A stretch of DNA of 64,000 bases. It comes from an uncultured Nitrospiraceae bacterium (lineage in GTDB: Bacteria; Nitrospirota; Thermodesulfovibrionia; Thermodesulfovibrionales; Dissulfurispiraceae). Positions 50,701-61,224 of this stretch are shown here, in pieces. The notes under the pieces were generated by a model that saw only the letters and a program-made list of their open reading frames with translations, made no database searches and was not told the DNA's origin. The number at the start of each line of letters is the position of its first letter. The first letter of the stretch is position 1. The DNA is taken from positions 992,001 to 1,056,000 of the forward strand of contig CAVSHF010000003.1 in assembly GCA_963727805.1 (NCBI GenBank), given 5' to 3'. Position numbers and translations under genes: made by a program.

Positions 50701-51830
50701 GCCGTCTCAATAGACAGCGGAACATTATCGATTTTACGCTTTCTTCACTTTTGAGAAGAAAGAGGAAAAACACTGCACTAGCCCTGGTATACACGCTCGT
50801 CGTCTTCGGTCTTGCTTCAGTCCTTTTTTCTACCCAGGCGCTCAAACGTGAGGCTTGCAGCGTTTTGCAAAAAAGCCCTGAGGTCATCATCCAGCGACTT
50901 GTCGCAGGAAGACAAGATCTGATACCCGCATCATATGTCGAGAAGGTAGCTAGCATCAGAGGTGTGCAGTCAGCGCAGGGACGTTTTTGGGGCTATTACT
51001 ACGACCCTACCATAGGGGCCAATTACACCCTGATGGTCCATGACAGGCCCGCTCATCAAGAGGGAACGATTGTCGTCGGGAAGGGAGTCGCACGGACTCT
51101 GCATGCGGAAAAAGGTGATCTCTTACCCTTCAGGACGTACGACGGGTCCTTTATAAGCCTCGAAGTGAGTGATATTCTTTCCGCGCAGTCCGAACTCGTA
51201 TCTTCCGATCTCGTAATGCTTACGGAAAACGACTTCCGTCAGATAACCGGCGTACCCAAGGGTTCTTTCACCGACGTAGCCGTTACGGCGCGAAATGCCA
51301 AGGAGTTGGCAACAATAGCCGAAAAGATAAAGCGCCTACTTCCCGATACGAGGCCTATCATAAAGGATGATATCCTGCGGACCTATGAAACCATCTTCGA
51401 TTGGCGGGGGGGTATATTGCTTGTAATCCTCACTGGGTCGATGCTAGCCTTTGTCATCCTTGCCTGGGACAAGGCAAGCGGCCTCAGTTCCGAAGAGAGA
51501 AAAGAGATCGGTATCCTGAAGGGAATCGGATGGGAGACTTCGGATGTTATACTGATGAAATTCTGGGAGGGAGTGGTGATCTCGCTTTCGTCATTTTTAC
51601 TGGGGTGCGTCTTGGCTTATGTACACATTTTCTTTGCCTCTTCGGCGCTCTTCGAGCCGGTCCTCAAGGGGTGGTCCATCCTCTACCCACAATTCAGGCT
51701 CACGCCCTATGTAGATCCTCTGCAAATAGCGACTCTCTTCTTCCTTACCGTCATTCCCTATACGGTAGCGACGATCATTCCCTCCTGGAGGGTCGCCACA
51801 ATGGACCCTGACTCGGTCATGAGGCTCTAA
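50697..51830 (+). CDS. FtsX/LolE-like ABC transporter permease
   Basis: TM-periplasmic-3TM layout with ERKEIGILKGIGW. Confidence 0.88.
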   Translation: MSRLNRQRNIIDFTLSSLLRRKRKNTALALVYTLVVFGLASVLFSTQALKREACSVLQKSPEVIIQRLVAGRQDLIPASYVEKVASIRGVQSAQGRFWGYYYDPTIGANYTLMVHDRPAHQEGTIVVGKGVARTLHAEKGDLLPFRTYDGSFISLEVSDILSAQSELVSSDLVMLTENDFRQITGVPKGSFTDVAVTARNAKELATIAEKIKRLLPDTRPIIKDDILRTYETIFDWRGGILLVILTGSMLAFVILAWDKASGLSSEERKEIGILKGIGWETSDVILMKFWEGVVISLSSFLLGCVLAYVHIFFASSALFEPVLKGWSILYPQFRLTPYVDPLQIATLFFLTVIPYTVATIIPSWRVATMDPDSVMRL

Positions 51831-51841
51831 GCGGAGGCGAT

Positions 51842-52528
51842 ATGATCGAAGTGATGGAAATAAGAAAGGTTTTCAATGCGGGCAAGCCCAATGAGTTCGT
51901 TGCTATAGATGGAGTCAGCCTGTCCATAGAACATCATAAGGTAACGGTATTGAAAGGACCCAGCGGATCGGGCAAGACCACGCTACTGGGCATTCTGGGC
52001 TGCATGGCCCGCCCCACTTCGGGACGAATCATTCTTTCCAAAGGAGAAATAACAAGCCTCCCGGAGAGGTTTCTCACGGAGATTCGCCGCACAACCTTCG
52101 GTTTTGTTTTTCAGCAGTTCAACCTCATCAAGGGCATAACGACCATAGAAAACGTCATACTTCCGGCATATCCCGTTGGGGACAGCCCGGTCGTCCTGAA
52201 GAAGAGGGCCATGGAGCTCCTCTCTCTCTTCAACCTTTCACAAAAGGCCTACTCGAAAGTGGAGTGGCTTTCGGGAGGAGAGGCTCAAAGGGTAAGCATA
52301 GCTAGGGCGTTGATGAACAACCCTGAGGTAATCATCGCCGACGAACCTACGGCAAACCTCGACACCAAACTTTCGAGAGAATTCATGGAAATCGTCGGTA
52401 ATCTTAACGGGCAGGGCAAGACAGTAATCATAGCGAGCCATGACCCGATAGTTTATGATTCACCCATCGTCGACAGGGTCGTCGAAATGAGAGACGGGAA
52501 GATTATTGCCGGGGCAACTGAGAAATGA
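51842..52528 (+). CDS. LolD/MacB-type ABC ATP-binding protein
   Basis: GPSGSGKT, LSGGEAQRV and ADEPTANLD motifs. Confidence 0.93.
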   Translation: MIEVMEIRKVFNAGKPNEFVAIDGVSLSIEHHKVTVLKGPSGSGKTTLLGILGCMARPTSGRIILSKGEITSLPERFLTEIRRTTFGFVFQQFNLIKGITTIENVILPAYPVGDSPVVLKKRAMELLSLFNLSQKAYSKVEWLSGGEAQRVSIARALMNNPEVIIADEPTANLDTKLSREFMEIVGNLNGQGKTVIIASHDPIVYDSPIVDRVVEMRDGKIIAGATEK

Positions 52529-53529
52529 TTTTCCGGCCAGCCATTATCGCGCTACTCTGCGGTTCGGCCATTATAAGTTTCATGCTGATATATGCGGCAT
52601 ACTATGGGTTGCGAATCGTAAGACAATGGAATATCACGAGCGGCAGCGAACTGCAGTTAAGCCTCGAACGAAAGACCTACCTTCTATCAACTATCATGAG
52701 CTATGTATTGGCATTTCAGCTCGCCTCCTTCTTCCTCTTCATATTTACGGTGGATGACATACACCCCCTCTTTGTCGGAGCAATGTGCGCGGCGGGGACC
52801 CTCAACGTAAACCAGTACGGCTATCCTACGGTCATCATGAAAATGATCAATTTCCTGCTTGCCGGCGTGTGGCTAATTGTCAATTATGTGGACAACAGGG
52901 CTTTTGACTATCCGCTCATAAAAAAGAAATATTTGTTGCTGCTAGTGGTAGCCCCTCTCGTAGTCGCGGAAATGGTGTTACAGGGCTCCTATTTCCTCAA
53001 CATGAAGGCACATGTTATCACCTCCTGCTGCGGCAGCCTCTTCAGCACAGAGACGGAGGGGGTCACTTCCAGCATCGCAGCACTACCGCGCTTGCCCATG
53101 GAGACCACCTTTTATGCAAGTATGGTACTGACCCTGGGATCGGGGATCAATTTCTATCGTAGGAACAACAGTTTGGGCTACTTATATTCAGCGTTAAGCA
53201 TCGCAACCTTTGCCGTATCAGTGGCGGCCCTGATATCGTTCATATCTCTTTATTTTTATGAGCTTCCCACACACCATTGTCCTTTTTGCATCCTGCAGAA
53301 AGAGTATGGCCACATTGGCTATCTTCTTTATCTCACGCTTCTAGGCGGGGCCGTGTCCGGCATGGGAGTCGGAGCACTTATGCCCTTTAAGAACATTCCG
53401 AGTTTATCAACCGTAGTCCCTGCAGTCCAAAAAAAGCTCGTTATAGCAGGACTCACCCTTTATCTCATTTTTGCAGCAATCGCAACCTACGAGATACTAT
53501 TTTCAGGGCTGAAACTCGAAGGATACTGA
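52525..53529 (+). CDS. Polytopic membrane protein with Cys/His motifs
   Basis: About 8 hydrophobic segments; GAMCAAG, ITSCCGS and PTHHCPFC motifs. Confidence 0.75.
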   Translation: MIFRPAIIALLCGSAIISFMLIYAAYYGLRIVRQWNITSGSELQLSLERKTYLLSTIMSYVLAFQLASFFLFIFTVDDIHPLFVGAMCAAGTLNVNQYGYPTVIMKMINFLLAGVWLIVNYVDNRAFDYPLIKKKYLLLLVVAPLVVAEMVLQGSYFLNMKAHVITSCCGSLFSTETEGVTSSIAALPRLPMETTFYASMVLTLGSGINFYRRNNSLGYLYSALSIATFAVSVAALISFISLYFYELPTHHCPFCILQKEYGHIGYLLYLTLLGGAVSGMGVGALMPFKNIPSLSTVVPAVQKKLVIAGLTLYLIFAAIATYEILFSGLKLEGY

Positions 53530-53558
53530 AACAATAAAGACTGCCTTCTTTCTTTCCA

Positions 53559-53592
53559 TCTTCATAATTTCTTCAAAATTGCATGCTATTCT
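53559..53592 (+). promoter_or_regulatory. 11-bp tandem direct repeat plus extended -10 upstream of the metal efflux operon
   Basis: TCTTCATAATT/TCTTCAAAATT followed by TGcTATTCT. Confidence 0.5.
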
Positions 53593-53700
53593 TATTCATA
53601 AGCTATGGATAAGGGATTGACAAGCATCTTCGGTGCTGATAACCATTAATAGAAAGCCGCTTTCAAAATCAAAAAATGAAGCGCAAATGCGGAGGGAATA

Positions 53701-54093
53701 ATGAAAAAGATGTTCATGTTGACAATGGTGCTGCTTTTAATTGGGACAGGCGCAGCCTTTGCGTCAGGCCTGGAGCTCAAACAGAAAGCAGGTGAATATA
53801 ATGTTGAAGTAAGGCTCGACAAGAACCCGGCGGTTGTCGGCAATAACAGCATTGAAATTCAAGTGAAGGATGCTTCGGGGCAATACGTGACCGATGCAAA
53901 GGTAAAGGTCGACTATACGATGCCAGCCATGCCGGGCATGCCGGCCATGAATTACAAGTCCGACGCGGCGTTATCCGGCAAGAAATATGCGGCAAAGATG
54001 AACCTTTCCATGTCGGGTTCATGGAATGTCGCGGTCAAGATATCAAAGGGCGGCAAGACTTCCACCGTTAAGTTCAATGTGGATGCCCAGTAA
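53701..54093 (+). CDS. FixH/YtkA-like periplasmic Met-rich protein
   Basis: Signal peptide, YTMPAMPGMPAM and LSMSGSW motifs; directly upstream of cusCBA-like genes. Confidence 0.8.
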   Translation: MKKMFMLTMVLLLIGTGAAFASGLELKQKAGEYNVEVRLDKNPAVVGNNSIEIQVKDASGQYVTDAKVKVDYTMPAMPGMPAMNYKSDAALSGKKYAAKMNLSMSGSWNVAVKISKGGKTSTVKFNVDAQ

Positions 54094-54136
54094 GAGCAAC
54101 AATTACGAGGGTAAACGGAGGACAGTAGGCGACACC

Positions 54137-55417
54137 ATGCTGCTTATTGCCTTCTGTTTGTTGTTATCCTCTTACTGCTTACTTTTCCCTCCTTCGGGTT
54201 TCGCAGAAGACCTTAATCTGCAGCAACTCATTGACGAGGCGCTCAGCAACAGTCCCGATCTGCATGCCTCCAGAGCGCGGGCAACGGGGGCAGAATACAG
54301 AATACCCCAGGTGCAGACACTTCCCGATCCTATGGTCTCGGTGGGCTACCAGAACGAAGGGTTCAAGAAATACACCTACGGCACATCGGATGATGCACAG
54401 TGGATGTTCTCCGCCTCTCAGACCATTCCTTTTCCGGGGAAGCTGGCCCTCAAAGGCGAGGCGGCGGCAAAGGAATCGGAGAGCACTTATGCGAATTATG
54501 AATCCCTCCTTCTGAAAACAATAGCCAGAGTGAAGGAACTCTATTTCGATCTATATATTGCGTATAAAAATATCGATCTGCTTCACGAAAGGACAACTCT
54601 GTTCAGCCGGGTTGAGGATGCCGCCCTTGCCCGTTATTCCACCGGAAAAGGCTCACAGCAGGAAGTACTCATGGCCCAGACAGAGAAATATGTGCTCCTC
54701 GAAAAGGATGAAATGCTCCGGCAGAAAATACAATCCCTGGAGGGCTTGCTCAATATCGCGGTTGGCAGACCCGCTGATGCCCCGCTTGGAAGGCCGTCTG
54801 ATACATCGCTTTCTATGTTTCCTTATGCGATGAATGATCTTATCAAGATCGCAAATGAGCGGTCTCCTGAAATTGCGGCTAAAGATAAAATGATAGGGGC
54901 TGCAGAAGCAAAGGTAGCCTTCGCAAAAAAGGACTATATTCCGGACTTCACAGTGGCCGGCAGCTATTTTGCGCGTGGAAATGGCTTCGAGAACATGTGG
55001 AGTCTCACTACAAGCGTCAACGTGCCGATATTTTATAGAACAAAACAACGGCATGCCGTAAACGAAGCCGATGCGTCTCTCAACGCGGCCCGGAGTGAAA
55101 AAGAATTGATGAGACTTACGATCGCCTCGGCTATTAAGGACAATTACTCGACGCTCACGGCATCGGATAGACTCATGTCGCTTTATAAAGAAGGCCTCAT
55201 ACCGAAGAGCCGCCAGGACGTGGAACTTGCGCTTTCGGGATATAAAACAGGAACTGTCGACGCCCTGACGGTCATCACAAAACTCAAATCGGTCATCGAT
55301 TTTGAAATTTCCTACTGGGGTCAATTTGCTGAGCATGAGAAGGCCATCGCCCGACTTGAGGCGATCGCGGGGCTGTCGCACATTACTACTACAGAGTTAA
55401 CGGGGAACTTAAAATGA
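54137..55417 (+). CDS. TolC-family outer membrane efflux protein (CusC-like)
   Basis: LPDPMV, SQTIPFPGKL, ARYSTGK and YKTG motifs. Confidence 0.88.
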   Translation: MLLIAFCLLLSSYCLLFPPSGFAEDLNLQQLIDEALSNSPDLHASRARATGAEYRIPQVQTLPDPMVSVGYQNEGFKKYTYGTSDDAQWMFSASQTIPFPGKLALKGEAAAKESESTYANYESLLLKTIARVKELYFDLYIAYKNIDLLHERTTLFSRVEDAALARYSTGKGSQQEVLMAQTEKYVLLEKDEMLRQKIQSLEGLLNIAVGRPADAPLGRPSDTSLSMFPYAMNDLIKIANERSPEIAAKDKMIGAAEAKVAFAKKDYIPDFTVAGSYFARGNGFENMWSLTTSVNVPIFYRTKQRHAVNEADASLNAARSEKELMRLTIASAIKDNYSTLTASDRLMSLYKEGLIPKSRQDVELALSGYKTGTVDALTVITKLKSVIDFEISYWGQFAEHEKAIARLEAIAGLSHITTTELTGNLK

Positions 55418-56643
55418 AAAAAAAAGTTCTTTTTATCTTTATCGGCATTGCGATTGTCGCTCTGGCAGCACTGGTCTATCTTCGAACAAATGCTTCGTCG
55501 CCGGCAAAGACAAAAGTGAGCACGGCACAGGTTCAGCCGATGCCGGGTATGGATATGGGGCAGCAGCAACAGGCGCAGGCTCAAACAACCCAGCCTCAGA
55601 ATGAGGCAGCATCGACACAGCCTGATCAAGAAGAAGCGCTGACGGTCGAAATTCCGCCGGACAAACAGCAACTCATCGGAGTAAAGACCGTTGTTGCCGA
55701 GATCAGGCCCATGCAGAAGATTATCAGAACAGTCGGGCTCGTCGAATACGACGAACGCAGGCTCGCCACGGTGAATACGAAATTCGAGGGATGGATAGAA
55801 AAACTCCATGTCGATTATTCCGGAAGATATGTCCGCAAAGGCGAACCGCTTGTCGATATATATAGCCCCGAACTCCTTGCCACGCAACAGGAGTTCATTA
55901 ATCTTTCGAAATGGGAGAAAGACAGCAAATCGGTCAAGAATGAAACAGTGGGCTCGATGCTTTCAAACGACTCAAAAGCCATCATCGAAGGGGCGCGGCA
56001 GAGATTGCGCCTGTGGGACATCAGCAATGCCCAGATCGACAAGATTGAACAGACCGGAAAACCTATGCGAACTCTTACCATCTACAGTCCCGTCAGCGGA
56101 TATGTTGTACAGAAGGCCGCGCTTAAGGGCATGCGCGTCATGCCGGGTGAAAAGCTCTTTGATATCGCTGATCTTTCCACTGTGTGGATAGTGTCTGATA
56201 TCTTCGAATATGAGCTTCCGCTCATTCAGTTGGGTGAAAAGGCCACCATCAGCTTGAGCTATTTCCCCGGCAAGGAATTTACTTCGATCATCGACTATGT
56301 CTATCCGACTATCGCCGGCGATACCCGTTCTGCAAAGGTGCGCTTCACCATCGCCAATCCCGGCAACAAGCTGAAGCCTCAGATGTATACCAATGTCGAG
56401 GTAAAGATCAACCTCGGAAAGAAGCTCATCATTCCCAATGACGCGGTTCTTGACTCAGGAAAGCGTCAGGTCGTCTATGTCGATAAGGGAGAGGGCAATT
56501 TTGAACCGCGGGAGGTGAGTATCGGAATCAGGGCCGACGGAATGGTCGAAGTCACCAAGGGTCTGAAGGCGGGCGAACGCGTCGCGTCATCCGCGAACTT
56601 CTTGATCGATTCCGAGGCGAAATTGAAGGGTGTTGTTAAGTAA
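55414..56643 (+). CDS. cusB: CusB-like RND periplasmic adaptor
   Basis: GWIEKL, IYSPEL, LKPQMY and ANFLIDSE motifs. Confidence 0.88.
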   Translation: MKKKVLFIFIGIAIVALAALVYLRTNASSPAKTKVSTAQVQPMPGMDMGQQQQAQAQTTQPQNEAASTQPDQEEALTVEIPPDKQQLIGVKTVVAEIRPMQKIIRTVGLVEYDERRLATVNTKFEGWIEKLHVDYSGRYVRKGEPLVDIYSPELLATQQEFINLSKWEKDSKSVKNETVGSMLSNDSKAIIEGARQRLRLWDISNAQIDKIEQTGKPMRTLTIYSPVSGYVVQKAALKGMRVMPGEKLFDIADLSTVWIVSDIFEYELPLIQLGEKATISLSYFPGKEFTSIIDYVYPTIAGDTRSAKVRFTIANPGNKLKPQMYTNVEVKINLGKKLIIPNDAVLDSGKRQVVYVDKGEGNFEPREVSIGIRADGMVEVTKGLKAGERVASSANFLIDSEAKLKGVVK

Positions 56644-59600
56644 TGATCGCTAAAATAATCGATTTTAGCGCGCGGAATAAGTTTGTCGTATTTCTTTTCG
56701 TTGCTTTCCTTATCGTCTGGGGATTCTGGGCACTCCAGAAAACGCCGCTTGATGCGATCCCCGATCTAAGCGACACCCAAGTCATCATATTTACCGAATG
56801 GTCCGGCAGAAGTCCGGATCTCATCGAGGACCAGATCACCTATCCTATTTCGTCGACGCTCCTTGCCGCTCCCGAAGTTCGGTCTGTGAGGGGATTTTCA
56901 TTTTTGGGGAGTTCCTTTATCTATGTCATCTTTAAGGAAGGCACCGACATCTACTGGGCGCGAAGCCGTGTCCTCGAATATCTCCAGGCCGTCAAGAACA
57001 AGATCCCCGCTGATGTCAATCCTGTTCTCGGTCCCGACGCAACAAGCGTCGGGTGGGGCTTCTCCTACGCCGTCGTCGATGAGACCGGCGGCCATAACTT
57101 GGCGGAATTACGTTCAATTCAGGACTACAATGTAAAGCTTGCCCTTGAAAGTGTCCAGGGCGTATCGCAGGTCGCCAGCATCGGCGGCTTTGTAAAGCAA
57201 TACCAGATAACCATCGACCCTAATAAGCTTCTGGCCTATAACATTCCCTTACCCAAGGTGCTCGATGCGGTCAAGAAGAGTAACCAGGATGTAGAGGGAA
57301 GAGTGCTCGAATTCGCCGGCACCGAATACATGGTTAGAGGCAGAGGCTATATCAAAAGCCTGAGCGACATAGATAACATCGCTGTGGGTGCCAGCAGATC
57401 GGGAACACCTGTCTATTTGAGGGACATCGCCCGCGTGCAGCTCGGACCCGAGATACGACGCGGCCTTGCAGAGCTTAATGGGAAAGGTGAAGTGGCAGGA
57501 GGCATCGTTGTAGTCAGATTCGGACAGAACGTCCTGGACGTCATTGACAGGGTAAAACAAAAGCTAACATCCGATGTCGAGCCGAGCCTTCCAAAAGGGG
57601 TGAAGATCGTCGTTACCTATGACAGGACGGACCTCATCCATCGTTCTATCGATACACTAAAAGAAGAGCTTATAAAGCTATCAATTGCCGTAAGCCTGGT
57701 CTGCATCATATTCCTTTTTCATCTCCCGAGCGCGCTCGTGGTGATCCTGACGCTGCCCGTGGCCATCATTATTTCGTTCATCTGCATGTACTATCTCGGC
57801 GTCACTTCGAATATCATGAGTCTGAGCGGCATCGCGATAGCTATCGGCGCAATGGTAGATGCATCGATCATCATGGTCGAAAATGCCCACAAAAAGATGG
57901 AGCAGTGGGAGTGTAATCATGAGTTGTATTGCGGAAGGCTCGATGTAATAATCGATGCAGCGAAAGAAGTGGGGCCTTCACTCTTTTTCTCGCTTCTGGT
58001 GATCACGGTCGGGTTCCTTCCAGTTTTCACGCTTCAGGAGCAGGCTGGCAGGCTCTTCAAACCTCTTGCTTACACCAAGACCTTTGCAATGCTGTTTTCT
58101 TCCTTCCTTGCGATTACGCTCACTCCCGTGCTGATGTCCCTTTTCGTTAGACAGAGTGCTCTTGGCAAGATCCCGATTATTAAATACCTCTTCACTATTT
58201 ATCCTGAAGAGAAGCACCCAGTAAGCCGCATTCTGCGAAAGCTCTACGAACCTATCGCGCGAGGGTCGCTTCGATATAAAAAGACCGTTATCGTTCTCGC
58301 AATCCTCGTTTTGGCTTTGACTGCATATCCCTTTATGAAGCTCGGCTCCGAATTCATGCCCCCGCTCTATGAAGGTTCTCTATTCTATATGCCCGTGACG
58401 GTTCCGGGAGCTTCAATATCGGAAGTGTCAAAACTCCTCCAACTCCAGGACAGGATACTCATGCAGATACCTGAAGTATCGCAGGTATTCGGCAAAGCCG
58501 GGCGCGCTGATACCGCTACCGATCCTGCACCACTTGAAATGTTTGAGACCATCGTCAATCTGAAACCCGAATCTCAGTGGAGACTGGGGATGACCATGGA
58601 GAAGCTCAAATTCGAGATGAACAATGCCCTTACCATCCCGGGCGTTGCCAACTCCTTTACCATGCCGATAAAGGCCCGCACAGACATGTTATCAACGGGG
58701 ATAAGAACCCCGGTCGGCATCAAGATCCTTGGTTCCGATATTGACGAGATCGAGCGCATTGGTCTTGAGATAGAAAAACTCGTGCAAGAAGTTCCCGGCA
58801 CTCGCACCGCCTATGCCGAACGTGTCACCACAGGATATTTCTTCGATATCAATGTAAAGCGCGAGGCAGCCGCTCGTTACGGACTAAACGTGAAGGATGT
58901 GCAGGAGATCATCCAGTCCGCCGTAGGGGGCATGAACGTTACCACTACCGTAGAGGGAAGAGAACGGTATCCCGTAAACGTGCGCTATTTCAGGGATATG
59001 CGAAGCGACATCGAAGACATCCAGCGGGTTCTTGTTCCTGTCATGGAAGGCCCGGCGGCTGCAATTATCCCAGGGATCCCTCTTCAACAGCCGAGAATCA
59101 CCCAGGTCCCGCTCGCCGAACTCGCCGACGTTAAAATAGTAAAGGGACCGACTGCCATCAAGAGCGAAGAAGGGTTACTTACCTCTTACGTCTACATCGA
59201 CTTCGCGGGCAGGGATGTGGGAGGCTATGTCGACGAGGCGAAAAAGAAAGTTGCATCACTGAAAATGCCTGCGGGATATCGGCTCCAATGGAGTGGTGAG
59301 TATGAGTACCTCATGCAAACTCACGAACGCCTGAAGATTGTTATACCTTTAACTTTATTCGTCATCTTCGTCCTCATCTATTTCAACACCAAGTCCTTTA
59401 CTAAAACAGCCATCGTATTCCTAGCCGTGCCATTCTCGCTCGTGGGATCGTTCTGGCTGCTCTATCTGCTTGGTTACAACATGAGCATCGCCGTATGGGT
59501 CGGAATTATCGCGTTGGCAGGTCTCGATGCCGAGACCGGTGTCGTAATGCTCTTATACCTTGAGCTGGCATACGAAAAATGGAAAAAGGAAGGAAAGTTG

Positions 59601-59882
59601 ACGAATCTGGACGCATTGAAAGAGTCGGTCATGTATGGCGCGGTGAAGAGGATCAGGCCCAAGATCATGACGGTTGCCGTCATCCTTGCGGGACTTGTAC
59701 CGATAATGTTCAGTCACGGCACCGGATCCGATATAATGAAGAGGATCGCGGCGCCAATGGTCGGCGGCGTTGTAACCTCGACTATTCTCGAACTCATCAT
59801 ATACCCAGCTATATACATGCTCTGGAAGGGACGGGAGGTCAGGAAGGTCGAGGCCACTCGCTCTTATGGAATAGAGAGCTAA
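56643..59882 (+). CDS. cusA: CusA/CzcA-family Cu(I)/Ag(I) RND efflux permease
   Basis: PLDAIPDLSD, GAMVDA, EFMPPL, APLEMFE, MPIKARTDML and RIRPKIMT motifs. Confidence 0.93.
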   Translation: MIAKIIDFSARNKFVVFLFVAFLIVWGFWALQKTPLDAIPDLSDTQVIIFTEWSGRSPDLIEDQITYPISSTLLAAPEVRSVRGFSFLGSSFIYVIFKEGTDIYWARSRVLEYLQAVKNKIPADVNPVLGPDATSVGWGFSYAVVDETGGHNLAELRSIQDYNVKLALESVQGVSQVASIGGFVKQYQITIDPNKLLAYNIPLPKVLDAVKKSNQDVEGRVLEFAGTEYMVRGRGYIKSLSDIDNIAVGASRSGTPVYLRDIARVQLGPEIRRGLAELNGKGEVAGGIVVVRFGQNVLDVIDRVKQKLTSDVEPSLPKGVKIVVTYDRTDLIHRSIDTLKEELIKLSIAVSLVCIIFLFHLPSALVVILTLPVAIIISFICMYYLGVTSNIMSLSGIAIAIGAMVDASIIMVENAHKKMEQWECNHELYCGRLDVIIDAAKEVGPSLFFSLLVITVGFLPVFTLQEQAGRLFKPLAYTKTFAMLFSSFLAITLTPVLMSLFVRQSALGKIPIIKYLFTIYPEEKHPVSRILRKLYEPIARGSLRYKKTVIVLAILVLALTAYPFMKLGSEFMPPLYEGSLFYMPVTVPGASISEVSKLLQLQDRILMQIPEVSQVFGKAGRADTATDPAPLEMFETIVNLKPESQWRLGMTMEKLKFEMNNALTIPGVANSFTMPIKARTDMLSTGIRTPVGIKILGSDIDEIERIGLEIEKLVQEVPGTRTAYAERVTTGYFFDINVKREAAARYGLNVKDVQEIIQSAVGGMNVTTTVEGRERYPVNVRYFRDMRSDIEDIQRVLVPVMEGPAAAIIPGIPLQQPRITQVPLAELADVKIVKGPTAIKSEEGLLTSYVYIDFAGRDVGGYVDEAKKKVASLKMPAGYRLQWSGEYEYLMQTHERLKIVIPLTLFVIFVLIYFNTKSFTKTAIVFLAVPFSLVGSFWLLYLLGYNMSIAVWVGIIALAGLDAETGVVMLLYLELAYEKWKKEGKLTNLDALKESVMYGAVKRIRPKIMTVAVILAGLVPIMFSHGTGSDIMKRIAAPMVGGVVTSTILELIIYPAIYMLWKGREVRKVEATRSYGIES

Positions 59883-59894
59883 TCGACGTTGTCA

Positions 59895-60368
59895 TTAATT
59901 CTGCTTCCTGTATCGGATAAACAGGCCATTTAAGAAGTTCCTGAGAAACTGATCGCCGCACTCTTTATAGTTTTTGTGCCCCTGCTTTCTGAATAATGCC
60001 GTCAGTTCAGATTTTGAGACGGCGATATCAGCCAGTTTCAAAACTCTTAGCATATCATCCTCTTTCAACTCCAGGGCAATCCTCAGTTTTTTTAAAATGG
60101 CATTATTCGTTAATGGAGAGGCCGCTTTCTTAGCCTGACCCGGTTCAGTTTCTTTCTTGCCTCTTTTATGTAAAATTAACCCATCCAAAAAATATCCTAA
60201 AATCCTGTCACTGCACGCCACGTAGCCTTTATCTTCTTCTCTTTTAAGAATAGCAGTTAAGGTGGCTTGATTCATTTCATACTCCGCCAGTTTGAATATC
60301 TCAATCATCGTCGAATCGTTAATATTCAAAGCGTACCTAATCCGCCTAAGTACGTCATTGTTAGTCAT
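59895..60368 (-). CDS. DUF1456 (YehS) family protein
   Basis: MTNNDVLRRIRYAL, NNAILKKLRIAL and CGDQFLRNFL motifs. Confidence 0.9.
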   Translation of the reverse strand: MTNNDVLRRIRYALNINDSTMIEIFKLAEYEMNQATLTAILKREEDKGYVACSDRILGYFLDGLILHKRGKKETEPGQAKKAASPLTNNAILKKLRIALELKEDDMLRVLKLADIAVSKSELTALFRKQGHKNYKECGDQFLRNFLNGLFIRYRKQN

Positions 60369-60395
60369 TGCAACCTCCTCGCTGATACAACGAAT

Positions 60396-61196
60396 TCAGT
60401 GTTTATGGAACAGATAGTGTGAATGCAGATGGCTATGGGCCTTGCCATCGTGATAATGGATATGCTCATGGATCAGATTTACTTTTAGCAGAAGCTCTTC
60501 ATCGTAGAGAATCTCGTCTGCAGAGCCTACTTTTTCGAGCCGGTGTTCTTCCGAAAGTACAGCAACCCTTGAATGAAGTTCACCGACCAGCGAGAGGTCG
60601 TGCGTAGCGATGACGATAGTCTTTCCCGCTTCATTCAGGGCGAGGATCAATTCCATAAGAAAAACCTGTGTCCTGGGATCAAGGCCATTCGTGGGTTCAT
60701 CGAGCAAAAGCACATCCGGGTTCATAGTGAGAACCGAACCGAGGGCTACCCGCTTCTTTTCACCTCCCGAAAGCATATAAGTGGGCCTGTTGCTGAGGTT
60801 TTCGATCTTGAGCATCTTAAGAATTTCGATTGCCCTGTCCATGGCCTCCTCACGCTCCAATCCGATTTGAAGGGGACCAAAGAGCAGCTCGTCGATGACC
60901 GTGGGACAAAAGAGCTGGATATCTGAATCCTGAAAGACATAGCCAATCTTCTGGCGGAAAAAGCGGAGAAAGTTCTTTTCCTTAAGTGAGCTTTCCGTCA
61001 CCGATTGATCATGAAAGAGATAATCACCTTCCGATGGGAATAGCAGCCCCGCGAGGATCTGAAGGAGCGTGGATTTGCCACTTCCGTTCGACCCAATGAC
61101 TGACAATTTCTCTCCGCACTTTATTCCCAAGCTGACGTCGATCAGGGCTGAGAACTTTTGATAATAGGAGTATTGTATATTCTGAACGTTGATCAT
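60396..61196 (-). CDS. cbiO: ECF Co/Ni transporter ATPase (CbiO/NikO)
   Basis: GSNGSGKS, LSGGEKKR and LDEPT motifs; His-rich C-terminus. Confidence 0.9.
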   Translation of the reverse strand: MINVQNIQYSYYQKFSALIDVSLGIKCGEKLSVIGSNGSGKSTLLQILAGLLFPSEGDYLFHDQSVTESSLKEKNFLRFFRQKIGYVFQDSDIQLFCPTVIDELLFGPLQIGLEREEAMDRAIEILKMLKIENLSNRPTYMLSGGEKKRVALGSVLTMNPDVLLLDEPTNGLDPRTQVFLMELILALNEAGKTIVIATHDLSLVGELHSRVAVLSEEHRLEKVGSADEILYDEELLLKVNLIHEHIHYHDGKAHSHLHSHYLFHKH

Positions 61197-61224
61197 CGAT
61201 TAATCTCCCATTCTACAGTGATAA

